Notes: generated by a model from the sequence alone, not told the origin. Shown: positions 1 to 10,171, numbered from the stretch's first letter. The stretch is 64,000 nucleotides of DNA from a bacterium (GCA_030427825.1 JAUICO010000006.1:16-64015); one strand, 5' to 3'. A program made the numbers and translations.

Positions 1-1089
1 GCGCAGCGTGCGGCGTAGACGAGTTCCAGAAGGCCCCTCGATGGCGTCACGGACTCGGTGCAGCATGTCAAAGTAGTCAATCTGCCCCTCACGCTGTTGC
101 ACCGTTTCAAGTTGTGCGACCGTAATTGGCAACAGGACCTCAAGCAGCATCCCGATCAGCTGCGGGAGAGCGCTGACCAGATGTTGCCCATGCCGAAACC
201 ACTCAACGTGCCACTCACTCTTGTTGAACGGGCTGCGCAGCTTTCCGGCGTTGGTCAGCGCTGTACCGAAGAGACAATCCCCTGCGTCAGCCAGCACCGC
301 GTCGATCGCGTCGTCGCGAGTTGCGAAGGCCCCCTCGCGCCACGGGGTTGTGCTCTCGAAGTGTGGGAGCGCCGCTTTGGCGACAGAACCGTCCTTGTTG
401 CGGGCGGCGTCGTAGAAGCGCTCCCAGTCGGTGTTGTCGAGGAGCGTGCCGATGGCCTCGCGGACCTCTGACGTTACCCGCCACCCGTAGCGAAGATACT
501 CGTGTGCGCGACCGGCCTGCAGCAGCTCCGTAAAATCGGTCAGCCGCATCACGCTCAAGAGTTCGGCAACGGACTCCCGCACTTCAGGGTCTGTGGCCAG
601 CGCGGTGCGCAGCACCTCACGGAAGGCCTGCTGCACCGCGACGCTTTCATCGACCAGCTCGATGTCGAAGGGCATGCCCGTGTCGATCGCAAGCTCGCTG
701 AGGACGCGGTTGCAGAAGCCGTGGATAGTGCGGATAGACGCGCTGTCGAAGTCGTGGAGCGCGCGCCGAACCCGCCGGCGCGCGAGCGCGTCCAACGCGA
801 TGTGTGCTTCCGTGGGGTCGGCGTCACTCTCGGTCGCGTCACTGAGTCGGCGCAGAAAGCCACGAATTCTCTCTCGCAGCTCCCTGGTTGCCGCCTCAGT
901 GTATGTAACGATCAGAAGCTGGTCGATTGTAGTGTTTGTTTCGACCAGTATGCGCGCAACCAGGCGCTCGATCGTGTAGGTCTTACCGGTGCCGGCGGCC
1001 GCCTCGATCACCGCATGCGCCGCTTCGCCCTGTACTACCGGGATCTCGGCGACAGACTGTGGGATTGCGACTCGTACCAGTGCACTCAT
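1..1089 (-). CDS. recB: RecB-like UvrD-family helicase/nuclease, N-terminal part. The gene runs off the window edge.
   Basis: I translated the minus frame myself (it is not in the ORF table because there is no in-window stop). It gives MSALVRVAIPQSVAEIPVVQGEAAHAVIEAAAGTGKTYTIERLVARIL..., a UvrD-type Walker A (AGTGKT) followed by helicase motif-rich sequence. The ATG at 1089 overlaps the recC stop as ATGA, which is the usual recC-recB order. Confidence 0.6.
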   Translation of the reverse strand, partial: MSALVRVAIPQSVAEIPVVQGEAAHAVIEAAAGTGKTYTIERLVARILVETNTTIDQLLIVTYTEAATRELRERIRGFLRRLSDATESDADPTEAHIALDALARRRVRRALHDFDSASIRTIHGFCNRVLSELAIDTGMPFDIELVDESVAVQQAFREVLRTALATDPEVRESVAELLSVMRLTDFTELLQAGRAHEYLRYGWRVTSEVREAIGTLLDNTDWERFYDAARNKDGSVAKAALPHFESTTPWREGAFATRDDAIDAVLADAGDCLFGTALTNAGKLRSPFNKSEWHVEWFRHGQHLVSALPQLIGMLLEVLLPITVAQLETVQQREGQIDYFDMLHRVRDAIEGPSGTRLRRTLR

Positions 1090-4000
1090 CGGTACGCTCC
1101 CACGAGAATCGCTTCGTACCTTCGAGCGAGCAGCGCTTCAAACTCAGCAGCGTCGGGCACAGGGTACGCCGCGGCGTCGTGCAGGACCCCCCGTGCCTCG
1201 GCGAGCCGGTTGTCACTCTCGAGGACCGTCGTCACGCAGGTCGCAATACTCTCCAGCCGACGCCCACGTGCATATTCGAAGACTGCTTCGATCGGCAGAA
1301 AGCGCTCGTCCCCGCCCTCTCGCGTCAAATCCAGAGCAAGGTTCGCCAACCACACAGCAGCGGACCCGCAGCGTGCGAACTCCGGGCGACTCTCTCGGCA
1401 GAAGGTCAGCTGCTCCCTGCCGGGGCGTCGCCGCTGGGAGCCATCATAGAGAAGGTCGCAGGTGGCTCTCGTGATCACGCCGGCGGCTTCGAGAGCGGCA
1501 GAATCCACCCAGGCACGCGCGAGCTCGGGCTCGTGGTACGAGCGTGTGCCCGAGGTGCGCATCGCATCAAATACCACACATCGCTGCTGGCGCCTCATCC
1601 ACGGCAGGGTGACGCCGGTGATCGAAATCTCGACATCCGGTGCATCCGGAGAGCGCACCTGCAGCGTATCCAGGTGTTCGTCGACGTGTTGGTACCGGTA
1701 GCTGCGTCCAAAACGGAAGACGACCGGTACCTCGCCGAGGTCGATGTTGTCTTCGGCAGCAAGCTGTCGCGCGAGCTCGAAGTAGTCACGCGCCTGGTCC
1801 ACGTCATGATCGAAGAACACCTGGGCCGGCGCCGCACCCCGCTGTTCCAGCGCTCGGAGCTCTCGCTTGTACACGATGGAAGCTCGTTCCGGGTTGCCGC
1901 CGCCTTCGGAGATGGCGGCGCGGACCAGCGCGTTGCGCACGCTCCATCGAAGTGAGGTCGGCTCCCATGGCTCAGGCTCTCGTGTCACACGCCTGAGGCC
2001 GCGCATGCGCTGCGCCGCCCGCGCTTGAATGGGAGCGCAGAGAAAGTCGGCAAGAGAGCGCAGGTCGACCGAAATGCGACGGATGTCCCGACGCTTCCCG
2101 GGGCCCTCCGAGTCCTCAGTTGTCGACGCTGCGGCGTCGCCGGCAGCGACGATGGGCTCTTCGCGTCGCCAAACAGCGTCGAGGGCATCCCGCGCCGCCG
2201 GACCCGCGCTCTCGCGCAGCTCCTGCCAGGTCTCCGGGCGAAATCCGGCACCGAGGGAGCGTCGCAGAGACGCTGCAAGCCGAGCCGCCTGCTGTGTGCG
2301 TGCGAGGTGCGGGCGCCAGGTGGTCTCCGACTCGTCCCGAATCGATGAGGTGGCCTCCACGTGGATGGCCTGCAGGCCGCGGGGGCTGAGGTGTCTGCTC
2401 AGTGTGTGCGTGAATTCCTCAACTACCGACGACTCAGACGAAGCCTCGCCGCTGATGGGGTCTCTGCCCACATAGCTCACCGTCAGCCGCTGCCGCGCGG
2501 ACAGGAGCGCGATCAGGAAGTGATAGCGATCCCGTTCCTGTACGGTGGTTTCTCCAGCTCGACGCCGGTTCGAGCGCACGTCCATCTGGTTGCGCTCGTC
2601 GGCAGAAGGGAACTCCGACTCTCCCAGGCCGGGAACAAACACATAGCGTGCTGGAATCATGTGGGTCGAAGAAAGCGGACCTACGAGGACTCCGGTGTCC
2701 AGCTCGGGAGAGCGCTGGCCGGGGATGCCGCGAAGCGCCCTGGCAAAGAGCTCTCCGGCGGCAACAAAGGGCACGCGACTGTGGTCATGAATGTCGTTGC
2801 CGCATCGGTCGATGGCCTCGAGGGCCCGTCGAAGCGCTGCCCGCTCCCGGTCGCTGTCCGGCCGCAGCTGTTCGCGGCAGAAAGAGACGACTACTGAGCT
2901 CCACTCGGCGGCGCTCATCCGTTTGGTCTCGAGTATCGCCAGCAGTCGCAGAATCCCCCGAACCGCCTGTACGAAGCGGGCGAGAGTGCCTCGTTGCTCG
3001 GGGTGCACCTCCAGGGGCAGCATGCGCGTATCGCTGCCGTCGAACCAACGCTCCTCACCGCTCTCGATCGGGCGCATCGCCGAGCCGAGTATCAGCCGGT
3101 TGAGCGCCTGCTCCCAATGAAAGTTGCCGCGGTGCAGGTAGGTGTCCGCTACCGAGTTCGCGTCTCGCCCGAATAGCGTGTTTGTTTCATCGACCCATCG
3201 CCGCCACACCGCAGCTTCATCGTCGTATCCGTTGCTGTGCGCGAGGGGGATCAGCACGCCGAGCATCTGGCGCCGTGTCAGCTCTGTGTGTGGAAGCGCA
3301 AGCAGTGCCTCGATTGCCTGCACCGCACGGCTGCTGCGATGTAGAGGAGAGTCAACAATGGTGTGGCGTATCCGCGGTTGGCTGCGGAATGCGGACTCCA
3401 GCTGCGCGACATACTCTTCGAGCGAGCCATCGGGAATCATCACACAGAAGTCGCTGAATCGCGCCCCGTCGTCTGCGTGCACAAGGGTCCAGATGTTGTC
3501 CGCGATCAGCTCGCATTCCGCGCGTACAGATGCGCAGGCGATCACGCGAACTGAAGGGTCGCCGGCGCCGACATTGTCGTCGCCGGACGCCGGCGGGGCG
3601 ATGGCTTCGCGGCGCGGCTCCCGAAGAAGAATGTCACGTTGGACCGCGTTCAGCACGGTTTCCGTGCCGGGGACCTCAAAATGTTGCTCAAAGGTGCAGT
3701 CCGTCAGCGTGTTGACGAGGCGTACAAACTCGCGTCCCGGGCGGCCCCAGAGGCGCAGGGGCGGTGTGTCGTCGTCCTCACGTATCGAGAAGGGGTCTTC
3801 GGATTCGGTCCAGCGCGCACCGATCGCGCGGTCGTTGGCGCGCTCATCAAAGCGGGAACGAAGGGACGCGAGCTCGCCCCCGCCAAAGAGCCTGGCGGAT
3901 TCGACGTCCTCCCAATATTCCATGCACGGATTCAACGCATACAGAAAGACATCGCAGCGGTCGCCGAGCTCGTAGACAAACTGCGCCAGTGAGGCGGATA

Positions 4001-4634
4001 CGTTTTCGACGCCGAATACGAAGACCTGCGGCGGCACCGACGCGCCTGCCGCGAGCGCCTGCCGCGCACCCTGTGGCAACGAGACACTCCGCCGATCGCC
4101 CGAGGTGATCGCGGCGCGCCACAAGGTCTTCTGCCACGCCTGCGCGGGATGCTCGACGTCGCTGTCCTCGCCCCGCGCCCACCTCTGCAACATGTCGTCA
4201 CGGCTGAATGAGTACTCTTCAAACAGCGTCGCCAGTCGTCGAGCGAGCTCGGCGCGATGACGCGCGTGTGTGGTTTGTTCCGATCCTCTCGCCAACCAAC
4301 GTGTGATCGGCGCCATCTCCGGACGCTCCATCAGGTGCGGCGATTCCAGAAGAACGAAGAAGCGCAAGAATAGATTGTCGGCGCTGAGTACGGTGACTTC
4401 TTCGTCAACGGACGCGCTCAAGCCCGCGGCGAACTTCACGAGCTGAACGAATCGAAGCCCGGCGGCGATTCCGAGCTTTTCGGCCAGGCGAACCCGCAGC
4501 CAGGACTGTACGATTCGGTTTGGTGTGATGATGGTGATCGGCGCCAGGGGCGCCTGTCGCTGCGCTGTATCTACCCGCGTCGCCAGTGGCTCGACGAGGG
4601 CTTCAAGTCGGTTGGACCATGCCAGCTCAATCAC
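1086..4634 (-). CDS. recC: Exodeoxyribonuclease V gamma subunit (RecC)-like. The listed ORF extends to 4991, but the probable true start is the GTG near 4634.
   Basis: The segment WSNRLEALVEPLATRVD...PITIITPNRIVQSWLRVRLAEKLGIAAGLRFVQL matches the RecC N-terminal signature (HSNRLDVLEAL...ILVQS.GM.QWL...GIAANI.F). There is no Walker A, it is ~1180 aa, and it sits immediately upstream of recB. The first ~119 aa of the listed ORF are S/P/R low-complexity and overlap the divergent gene. Confidence 0.6.
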   Translation of the reverse strand: MIELAWSNRLEALVEPLATRVDTAQRQAPLAPITIITPNRIVQSWLRVRLAEKLGIAAGLRFVQLVKFAAGLSASVDEEVTVLSADNLFLRFFVLLESPHLMERPEMAPITRWLARGSEQTTHARHRAELARRLATLFEEYSFSRDDMLQRWARGEDSDVEHPAQAWQKTLWRAAITSGDRRSVSLPQGARQALAAGASVPPQVFVFGVENVSASLAQFVYELGDRCDVFLYALNPCMEYWEDVESARLFGGGELASLRSRFDERANDRAIGARWTESEDPFSIREDDDTPPLRLWGRPGREFVRLVNTLTDCTFEQHFEVPGTETVLNAVQRDILLREPRREAIAPPASGDDNVGAGDPSVRVIACASVRAECELIADNIWTLVHADDGARFSDFCVMIPDGSLEEYVAQLESAFRSQPRIRHTIVDSPLHRSSRAVQAIEALLALPHTELTRRQMLGVLIPLAHSNGYDDEAAVWRRWVDETNTLFGRDANSVADTYLHRGNFHWEQALNRLILGSAMRPIESGEERWFDGSDTRMLPLEVHPEQRGTLARFVQAVRGILRLLAILETKRMSAAEWSSVVVSFCREQLRPDSDRERAALRRALEAIDRCGNDIHDHSRVPFVAAGELFARALRGIPGQRSPELDTGVLVGPLSSTHMIPARYVFVPGLGESEFPSADERNQMDVRSNRRRAGETTVQERDRYHFLIALLSARQRLTVSYVGRDPISGEASSESSVVEEFTHTLSRHLSPRGLQAIHVEATSSIRDESETTWRPHLARTQQAARLAASLRRSLGAGFRPETWQELRESAGPAARDALDAVWRREEPIVAAGDAAASTTEDSEGPGKRRDIRRISVDLRSLADFLCAPIQARAAQRMRGLRRVTREPEPWEPTSLRWSVRNALVRAAISEGGGNPERASIVYKRELRALEQRGAAPAQVFFDHDVDQARDYFELARQLAAEDNIDLGEVPVVFRFGRSYRYQHVDEHLDTLQVRSPDAPDVEISITGVTLPWMRRQQRCVVFDAMRTSGTRSYHEPELARAWVDSAALEAAGVITRATCDLLYDGSQRRRPGREQLTFCRESRPEFARCGSAAVWLANLALDLTREGGDERFLPIEAVFEYARGRRLESIATCVTTVLESDNRLAEARGVLHDAAAYPVPDAAEFEALLARRYEAILVGAYR

Positions 4635-4812
4635 AAAACGGCGGGGTTGAAGGTGAGCCGAGAGGGTATTGCCGGCGGGCACAGCACGCAAGCAGACGGT
4701 GGATGCCGAAGACGGGGACGTGGCGATGCCTGATGGCTGGGGATGTTGACAGCGGCACCCGGCAGCCACGATTGAGCACAGGCGATTCGAAGTACCCGCA
4801 CAGTCGAAGGTC

Positions 4813-6936
4813 TTGATTACATCACGCACACCGACCCTTGCATACGCACTGAAGGACGCCCTCGGCGAGGGCGCGCTGGACCTGCTCCTTGCCGATGCGA
4901 CGCTCGTCGAGGTGTCGTCCGGCGATGAGATTGTGCGCGAAGGCGAGCACGGCGACGCCCTGTATGTCGTGCTTGAAGGGGACGCGATCATCCACCGACA
5001 CAGCGGGGACGGCCGGGATACCGTTGTAGCGAACTGTGGTCCGGGCGAGCACTTCGGAGAAGCCGCGCTCCTGCCCGGACGCAGCCCTCTTCGCAGCGCC
5101 GGCGTGCGGGCGCGAACCCGGATGCGTCTGCTGAGAATCGAACGCGAGCACTTTCAGCGGGCCCTCGCCGCGGACCGTGCGTTCAAGCGACGCCTTGAGG
5201 AGCGAGCGGATTCACACCGGGCCGCTGCAGTTGTACGCAGCTCGGCGCTGCTGGATGCTCTTGGACTCAGCGACAACGAACGCGCCGCATCGATCGCTTT
5301 CGAGCGAGGCACTTCCCTCTTCGGTGCCGGGGAACCCGCGCGTGCGCTGTATTTCGTCATAAGTGGTGCCGTTGAAGTGTACGTCTCTACGGGCGATGGC
5401 GATCATGTGATCAGTACCCTGGGTGGCGGACATTGCTTCGGTGAAGTCGGGCTTCTCGAGGACGCGCCTCGGACCGCCTCGGCGCGCGTCATCGAGGATG
5501 CCCGGCTGCTGGTGATCTCGGCCGAGCACGTGCGCGCCACAATGTCAGAGTCGCCACGTCTCGCGGGCATTTTTCGCGAACTCAAGCGAAGCTACAAGTT
5601 GCCGCGAAGAGGCACGGTGACTCAGTACGTGAATCGCGTTGATGGCCAGGACGCGATTACGACGGTGTATGAGCTTGAGGGCCATAGGAGCGTTGTCGCG
5701 GTCAGATCGATGCGGGGTGAGTCATTCACCGCGCGCGTTGTCGGCGAGACCGCAACGAATAGGCTTCGGTACGCCGATAGGGAACACGGTGTGGAGCGCA
5801 GCCTGGGGTTGAGTGCATCTGGAGCACTCGTCGAACTCGTTGTGCACGGGCCGTGGATCCAACTCAGCGAAGTGTTTCGGTTGCTGCTTGACGGGGTGGA
5901 GAATGACGCCGGACTCACGGCACGGTTCGAAGAAGCAGGCTCGATCGCTTTGGCCGATGTTAACGAGAGCCCGGGCGTACGCTGTGTGTGTGTAGGGGCC
6001 GGCACGTCGGCAGTGATCGAAGCACTGCGGGTCGGCGATGGGAGCTTTTCAGAGCTTCAAGCCGAGACTGGCTGCGGTACCGTTTGCGGGTCCTGCGTGC
6101 CGGCGATTCGTCACTTCGTTGACAACGGCGTGTGGCGGCCGGCGGTGATCAGCGAAGACCGTTTTCTCGCTGAGGGCACGCGCGAGTTTGCAATCAAACC
6201 ACTTGATGGCCCAGCCGAGCGATTCGTCCCGGGACAACACATCGTGCTGTCCGGACTCGTTGACGGTATGTGGGTTCAACGCGCCTACACACTGACAACG
6301 GCGGGCGATCCGGCACCGGAGTATCGGATTGCGGTCAAGCGTGAACCATCGGGCGTGTTCTCGAACTGGCTTTTCTCTGAGGGTGGTCGCGACGCGATTC
6401 TGCAGGTGAGCTCGCCGCGAGGCAGCTTGTGCTGGAGCGCGGACGACCGCCCGACGGTGTGTTTGGTCGCTGGGATTGGCTGCACACCGGCGCTGGCAAT
6501 CGTTGCGGCTCACACGCAGCGCGAGTCGTCGAGTCCGCTGCACGTCGATTACTCGGCAGGCAATCGTGATTCAGCGGCGGCGCTCGACGCGCTCTCGGCG
6601 GCGGCAGAAGCATGCGGGTGCCTCACGCTGCGTACCCGGTTTACGTCGGATGAGGGGCGGATTGATGAGGCCGCAGTGGCTGCCCTGGCTTCGCAGCACC
6701 CGGCGGCGCAATACGTTATCTGCGGGCCGGAATCGTACGCAGGAGTCGTAATGCGCGGCCTCCGACTTGCGGGGGTTTCGGACGCTGCGATCCACACCGA
6801 GTCTTTCGTGCTGCAAAGTGAATCGCGGGCGACGAAGAACGATGGCGGGGGCGCGGACGTCAGGGGTGGCGGCGCGCGTCGTGCCTCACCCGGTGTCCTC
6901 AAGAGTCTGTTGCGAAGCGTGTTCGGCCGCGGCTGA
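4813..6936 (+). CDS. Fusion protein: two tandem cyclic-nucleotide-binding domains, a BFD-like [2Fe-2S]-binding motif, and a ferredoxin-NADP reductase-like FAD/NAD(P)-binding oxidoreductase domain.
   Basis: Two cNMP-binding-like segments (LVEVSSGDEIVREGEHGDALYVVLEGDAII...FGEAALL and SLFGAGEPARALYFVISGAVEVYV...CFGEVGLL). A C-x-C...C-x-x-C cluster (CVCVGAGT...ETGCGTVCGSCVP). An FNR-like RAYTLTT (RxY[ST]) FAD motif and a VCLVAGIGCTPALAIV NAD-binding motif. TTG start. Confidence 0.7.
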   Translation: MITSRTPTLAYALKDALGEGALDLLLADATLVEVSSGDEIVREGEHGDALYVVLEGDAIIHRHSGDGRDTVVANCGPGEHFGEAALLPGRSPLRSAGVRARTRMRLLRIEREHFQRALAADRAFKRRLEERADSHRAAAVVRSSALLDALGLSDNERAASIAFERGTSLFGAGEPARALYFVISGAVEVYVSTGDGDHVISTLGGGHCFGEVGLLEDAPRTASARVIEDARLLVISAEHVRATMSESPRLAGIFRELKRSYKLPRRGTVTQYVNRVDGQDAITTVYELEGHRSVVAVRSMRGESFTARVVGETATNRLRYADREHGVERSLGLSASGALVELVVHGPWIQLSEVFRLLLDGVENDAGLTARFEEAGSIALADVNESPGVRCVCVGAGTSAVIEALRVGDGSFSELQAETGCGTVCGSCVPAIRHFVDNGVWRPAVISEDRFLAEGTREFAIKPLDGPAERFVPGQHIVLSGLVDGMWVQRAYTLTTAGDPAPEYRIAVKREPSGVFSNWLFSEGGRDAILQVSSPRGSLCWSADDRPTVCLVAGIGCTPALAIVAAHTQRESSSPLHVDYSAGNRDSAAALDALSAAAEACGCLTLRTRFTSDEGRIDEAAVAALASQHPAAQYVICGPESYAGVVMRGLRLAGVSDAAIHTESFVLQSESRATKNDGGGADVRGGGARRASPGVLKSLLRSVFGRG

Positions 6937-6945
6937 GAGCCGTTC

Positions 6946-7704
6946 TCAGCCCGCGGCTTCAAGGGGCGCTATTGACACCTCTGTCGTGGGTGCCGGGGTC
7001 TGTTTCATGCGAAAATGCAGGAGGTAGAGGTAGACCAGATCCAACACGAGGATAGTGACACACAGGAAGGTGAGAAAGGCCCAATGCTCAATGTGTGGAT
7101 TCATCAGCGGCAGAAACACGTGGGCACCGATGGCCGTCCCGAGGGTTCCAAGCATCTTGAGCCATGCGCCGGCGACGCTGAGGCCGCGACCATCTTCGCG
7201 TTGAAAGAACGCCCAGATGAAGAGGACGCTCATCACAAGGTTGATGAAGAAGGCGTCGATGAGCGCGAGGCGGTCCTGAAAGGTGATCACGAAGGTCAGC
7301 TGCCCGGCGATGCCGATAACAATCGCCGCCGGCACCCACACACGGAACCACTTTCGCAACCAGTAGTTCTTCTGCATGGCGGCTCCATAGGTCCAAAGCT
7401 GCCAGACCAGCAGGCAGTCGAGCAAGAGCCAGCCCATGTTCAGGGCCGGCCACAGCGTGTTGAAGTTCGGCAGGATCAGATACATCGACTCCCAGCCGAA
7501 GTTCAGGCACATCGCGATCGCCGGCACCGCCGGAGCCTTGTCACGGAATCCTTTCCTGAGAAAGCAGATGTAGGCGAGGATCCATAGCACGCAGCCGAAA
7601 GAGCAGACGAGGTGGTACCAGGCCCAAAGGTCCAGGGCCTCGGGCGGGGCATTCTCAAAGTTTGGAAGATACGCGTTCAACATCGTCTCTGGCTCGCGGC
7701 GCAA
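6946..7704 (-). CDS. Multi-pass integral membrane protein of unknown function.
   Basis: 252-aa ORF with 6-7 hydrophobic helices and many W/F/L residues. No recognisable catalytic motif. Confidence 0.5.
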   Translation of the reverse strand: MRREPETMLNAYLPNFENAPPEALDLWAWYHLVCSFGCVLWILAYICFLRKGFRDKAPAVPAIAMCLNFGWESMYLILPNFNTLWPALNMGWLLLDCLLVWQLWTYGAAMQKNYWLRKWFRVWVPAAIVIGIAGQLTFVITFQDRLALIDAFFINLVMSVLFIWAFFQREDGRGLSVAGAWLKMLGTLGTAIGAHVFLPLMNPHIEHWAFLTFLCVTILVLDLVYLYLLHFRMKQTPAPTTEVSIAPLEAAG

Positions 7705-7840
7705 TCGTGGAGAGGTTTACTATCGTGCGTTATCTCGCGGCGGATGCACCGCGCCGCACAATGATGTCACTTGACCGAAGGGATGAGCATGTACCTGCTC
7801 GCCTCACGCGCGTCACACGATTTGTAGTATTACCCTCTCC

Positions 7841-7920
7841 AGGGAAGCACAGCTTTCCGCCGGGGTTCGAGGGGGTGAAAACCCGCTCGCAGAGCGCGAG
7901 ACAGCGTCTCGCACCCCGCC
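7841..7920 (+). repeat. Copy A (short form, ~80 nt) of a structured three-hairpin intergenic element.
   Basis: gGGAAGCacaGCTTTCC / gggggtGAAAaccc / GCGAGACagcGTCTCGCacc. It shares its order, palindromes and end motifs with the copies at 10215, 13113 (minus) and 13764. Confidence 0.8.
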
Positions 7921-8013
7921 CATGCGACGACACGGGCGCGCACCTCATCAGACACTGGTCGGGGTGGTGCCCCGCTGCTATGTCGACTGCCGATTCGTTG
8001 CTAAGGAGCACGC

Positions 8014-9234
8014 TTGTTACCTGCCAATGCACCGGTCCCGGACCGCTTCAGTCGCCGGGATGAAGCAGCGCGCATGTTCGGCGAGGACGCGCGCCGCTTC
8101 GCACAGTACATGATGCAGGGCGACCCCCTGGCTGATGCGCTCGCGTTGCGGCTGTCGAAGGGGCGAATCGGAGCGTCGCAGGCATTGGTGGACCGCGCGT
8201 TGCGCGAAGGCGTCGACCGACTGGGCGTGATTCCGGGCGAGCTTCGCGCCCTGCTGGATGAAGTTGAGCAGGTTCCGGACTGGGTAGACTTTGACAGAAT
8301 CCACCACGGTGCAGTGGCGGTTCAACGCCTGGGGCCGGCTGCCATGCTGATTCTCTCGGCGTGGTCGCTGATGAACAGCTATCACAGCGGACCGGCAGTC
8401 AAGGCACTGATGTTCACCGGAGAGTTAACGACTCGCGCGCCGCGTCGCCTGGCTGAGACGGGACGATTCGTCACGGAAGTGACGCAGGTGGATGGTCTCA
8501 GACGCTTTGGAAGAGGCCTTGAGATTACGGTGAAGGTACGCATCATGCATGCGCAGGTTCGCCGGATGATTCACGCAGATGCCTCTGTTTGGAATGCCTC
8601 TGCATGGGGCGCGCCGATCAATCAGGCGGACATGCTGGGGACGATTGTCGAGCTGTCTTTCCTGGTGATCGAAGGGGCCCGAAAGCTGGGTTTTCGGTTC
8701 ACAAGGAAGGAGCGCGAGGACATTGTTCACTTGTGGCGCTACGTCGGCCATCTTTCCGGGGTTTCACCCTGGCTGTTGGAGCATCTGGATTCCTACGAGC
8801 GTGGGTGGGAGTTCTCGCAGATGATCCGTATGGTGCAGGCGGGCTCCGACGACGACTCAGTCGCACTCGCGGCTGCGTTGAGAGACGCGAGCTACCAATC
8901 CGTATCAAGCAGGTTTGAGCGGATGATGTTGCCGGTTGTGACTCGACTGCATAACGGCCTAGTCTGGTCATTCAACGGGGATGAGATTGCGCGCGACTTG
9001 AAGACTCCGAACCGAGCGTGGCGGCATGCACGCCTGCCGATACGAGCCGTGATCAGCGTGCTCGAGCTGGTGCGAATATGTGTGCCGGGGATGTCTGCGG
9101 CACTGTCCAGGCGACGAAACGCCGCCGGCCTGGCGCGGATCTCATCGATGCTTGAGAATCGAGAGCCTGCGTTCACCGTGGGTTCGTCGACAGAGCGCCT
9201 TCTCTCGACCACGCCGCACCGGGCGATTGAGTAG
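8014..9234 (+). CDS. DUF2236 / MpaB-like oxygenase-family domain protein (tentative).
   Basis: 406 aa, TTG start 15 nt after AAGGAG. The RIMHAQVRRMIH segment and overall alpha-helical composition recall the DUF2236 family. No other motif identified. Confidence 0.4.
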   Translation: MLPANAPVPDRFSRRDEAARMFGEDARRFAQYMMQGDPLADALALRLSKGRIGASQALVDRALREGVDRLGVIPGELRALLDEVEQVPDWVDFDRIHHGAVAVQRLGPAAMLILSAWSLMNSYHSGPAVKALMFTGELTTRAPRRLAETGRFVTEVTQVDGLRRFGRGLEITVKVRIMHAQVRRMIHADASVWNASAWGAPINQADMLGTIVELSFLVIEGARKLGFRFTRKEREDIVHLWRYVGHLSGVSPWLLEHLDSYERGWEFSQMIRMVQAGSDDDSVALAAALRDASYQSVSSRFERMMLPVVTRLHNGLVWSFNGDEIARDLKTPNRAWRHARLPIRAVISVLELVRICVPGMSAALSRRRNAAGLARISSMLENREPAFTVGSSTERLLSTTPHRAIE

Positions 9235-9325
9235 AACAGCGGCTCCGGGAGTGCCGCTCCGGTATGGCCTGAGCGTCGAGTTGCCCCCGCTTGAGCACTT
9301 GAGCCGAGGCGACTAACGTGGCTGC

Positions 9326-10171
9326 ATGCTCACTCTCGCTCAGCGAATCCAAACACCGCCGCTGAAGTGCCAGGGCATAAAGACGAAGCTCCTGCCTTTC
9401 ATCGCTGCATCGATTGACTGGGATTACGCCGGGACGTGGATTGAACCCTTCGGGGGCTCTGGAGTGGTGGCGCTGAACATCGCGCCGCCGCGGGTTCGCT
9501 ACTCGGACGCGAATCCACATATTGTGAACTTGTATGCCGGGATTCGCGACGGGCGGGTGACGCCGGAGTCGGTACGTGTACACCTTGAACGCGAAGGCGC
9601 ACAGCTTCTCGAAATCGGCGAAAGTCACTACTACGCGATTCGATCGCGATTCAATGCGTCGCATGATGCACACGACTTTATCTTCCTAAATAGGAGCTGT
9701 TTCAACGGCCTGATGCGCTTTAACCGTAGCGGCGGTTTCAACGTTCCTTTCTGCCGCAAGCCGGAGCGATTCCGACCTGCGTACGTCACGCGCATCGTGA
9801 ACCAGGTCGCGGCTATGGCGATGGCGATGCAGCGATCAAGTTGGGAGATCCTTTGTCTGGATTGGAGGGAATGCGTCGCGACCGCCGTCGCCGGCGATCT
9901 TGTGTACATGGATCCGCCGTATATCGGCCGTCACGCTGACTACTACACACAATGGGATGAGAGCGAAGCCCAGGCGCTTGCGGCGTGGGCGCGCAGTGCG
10001 CCCTGCGGATTCGCCTGTTCGATGTGGGCAAAGACGCAATATCGCACCAACACACACCTCGAAGAGGACTGGTCCTGGGCACGCACCGTGACCACGGAGC
10101 ACTTCTTTCATCTGGGCAGCTACGAGAAGCTGCGCGGCGGAGTCACCGAGGCCCTGCTGCTGCCCGCATAG
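9326..10171 (+). CDS. Dam-like (D12 class) N6-adenine DNA methyltransferase, an orphan with no restriction-enzyme partner.
   Basis: EPFGGSG (motif I; E. coli Dam has EPFVGAGSV). FLNRSCFNGLMRFNRSGGFNVPF matches Dam LYLNRYGYNGLCRYNLRGEFNVPF. DPPY catalytic motif (VYMDPPYI). ATG start. GC content slightly below the flanks. Confidence 0.85.
   Translation: MLTLAQRIQTPPLKCQGIKTKLLPFIAASIDWDYAGTWIEPFGGSGVVALNIAPPRVRYSDANPHIVNLYAGIRDGRVTPESVRVHLEREGAQLLEIGESHYYAIRSRFNASHDAHDFIFLNRSCFNGLMRFNRSGGFNVPFCRKPERFRPAYVTRIVNQVAAMAMAMQRSSWEILCLDWRECVATAVAGDLVYMDPPYIGRHADYYTQWDESEAQALAAWARSAPCGFACSMWAKTQYRTNTHLEEDWSWARTVTTEHFFHLGSYEKLRGGVTEALLLPA

Noticed and set aside
58-1449. Plus-strand ORFs 58..471, 221..415, 321..533, 502..1449, 593..979 and 936..1955 across the first 2 kb
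   Set aside because: They are antisense or offset to the recB/recC coding frames, their products are Arg/Pro/Ser-rich low complexity, and the minus frame gives clear RecB and RecC homology. These are typical high-GC shadow ORFs.
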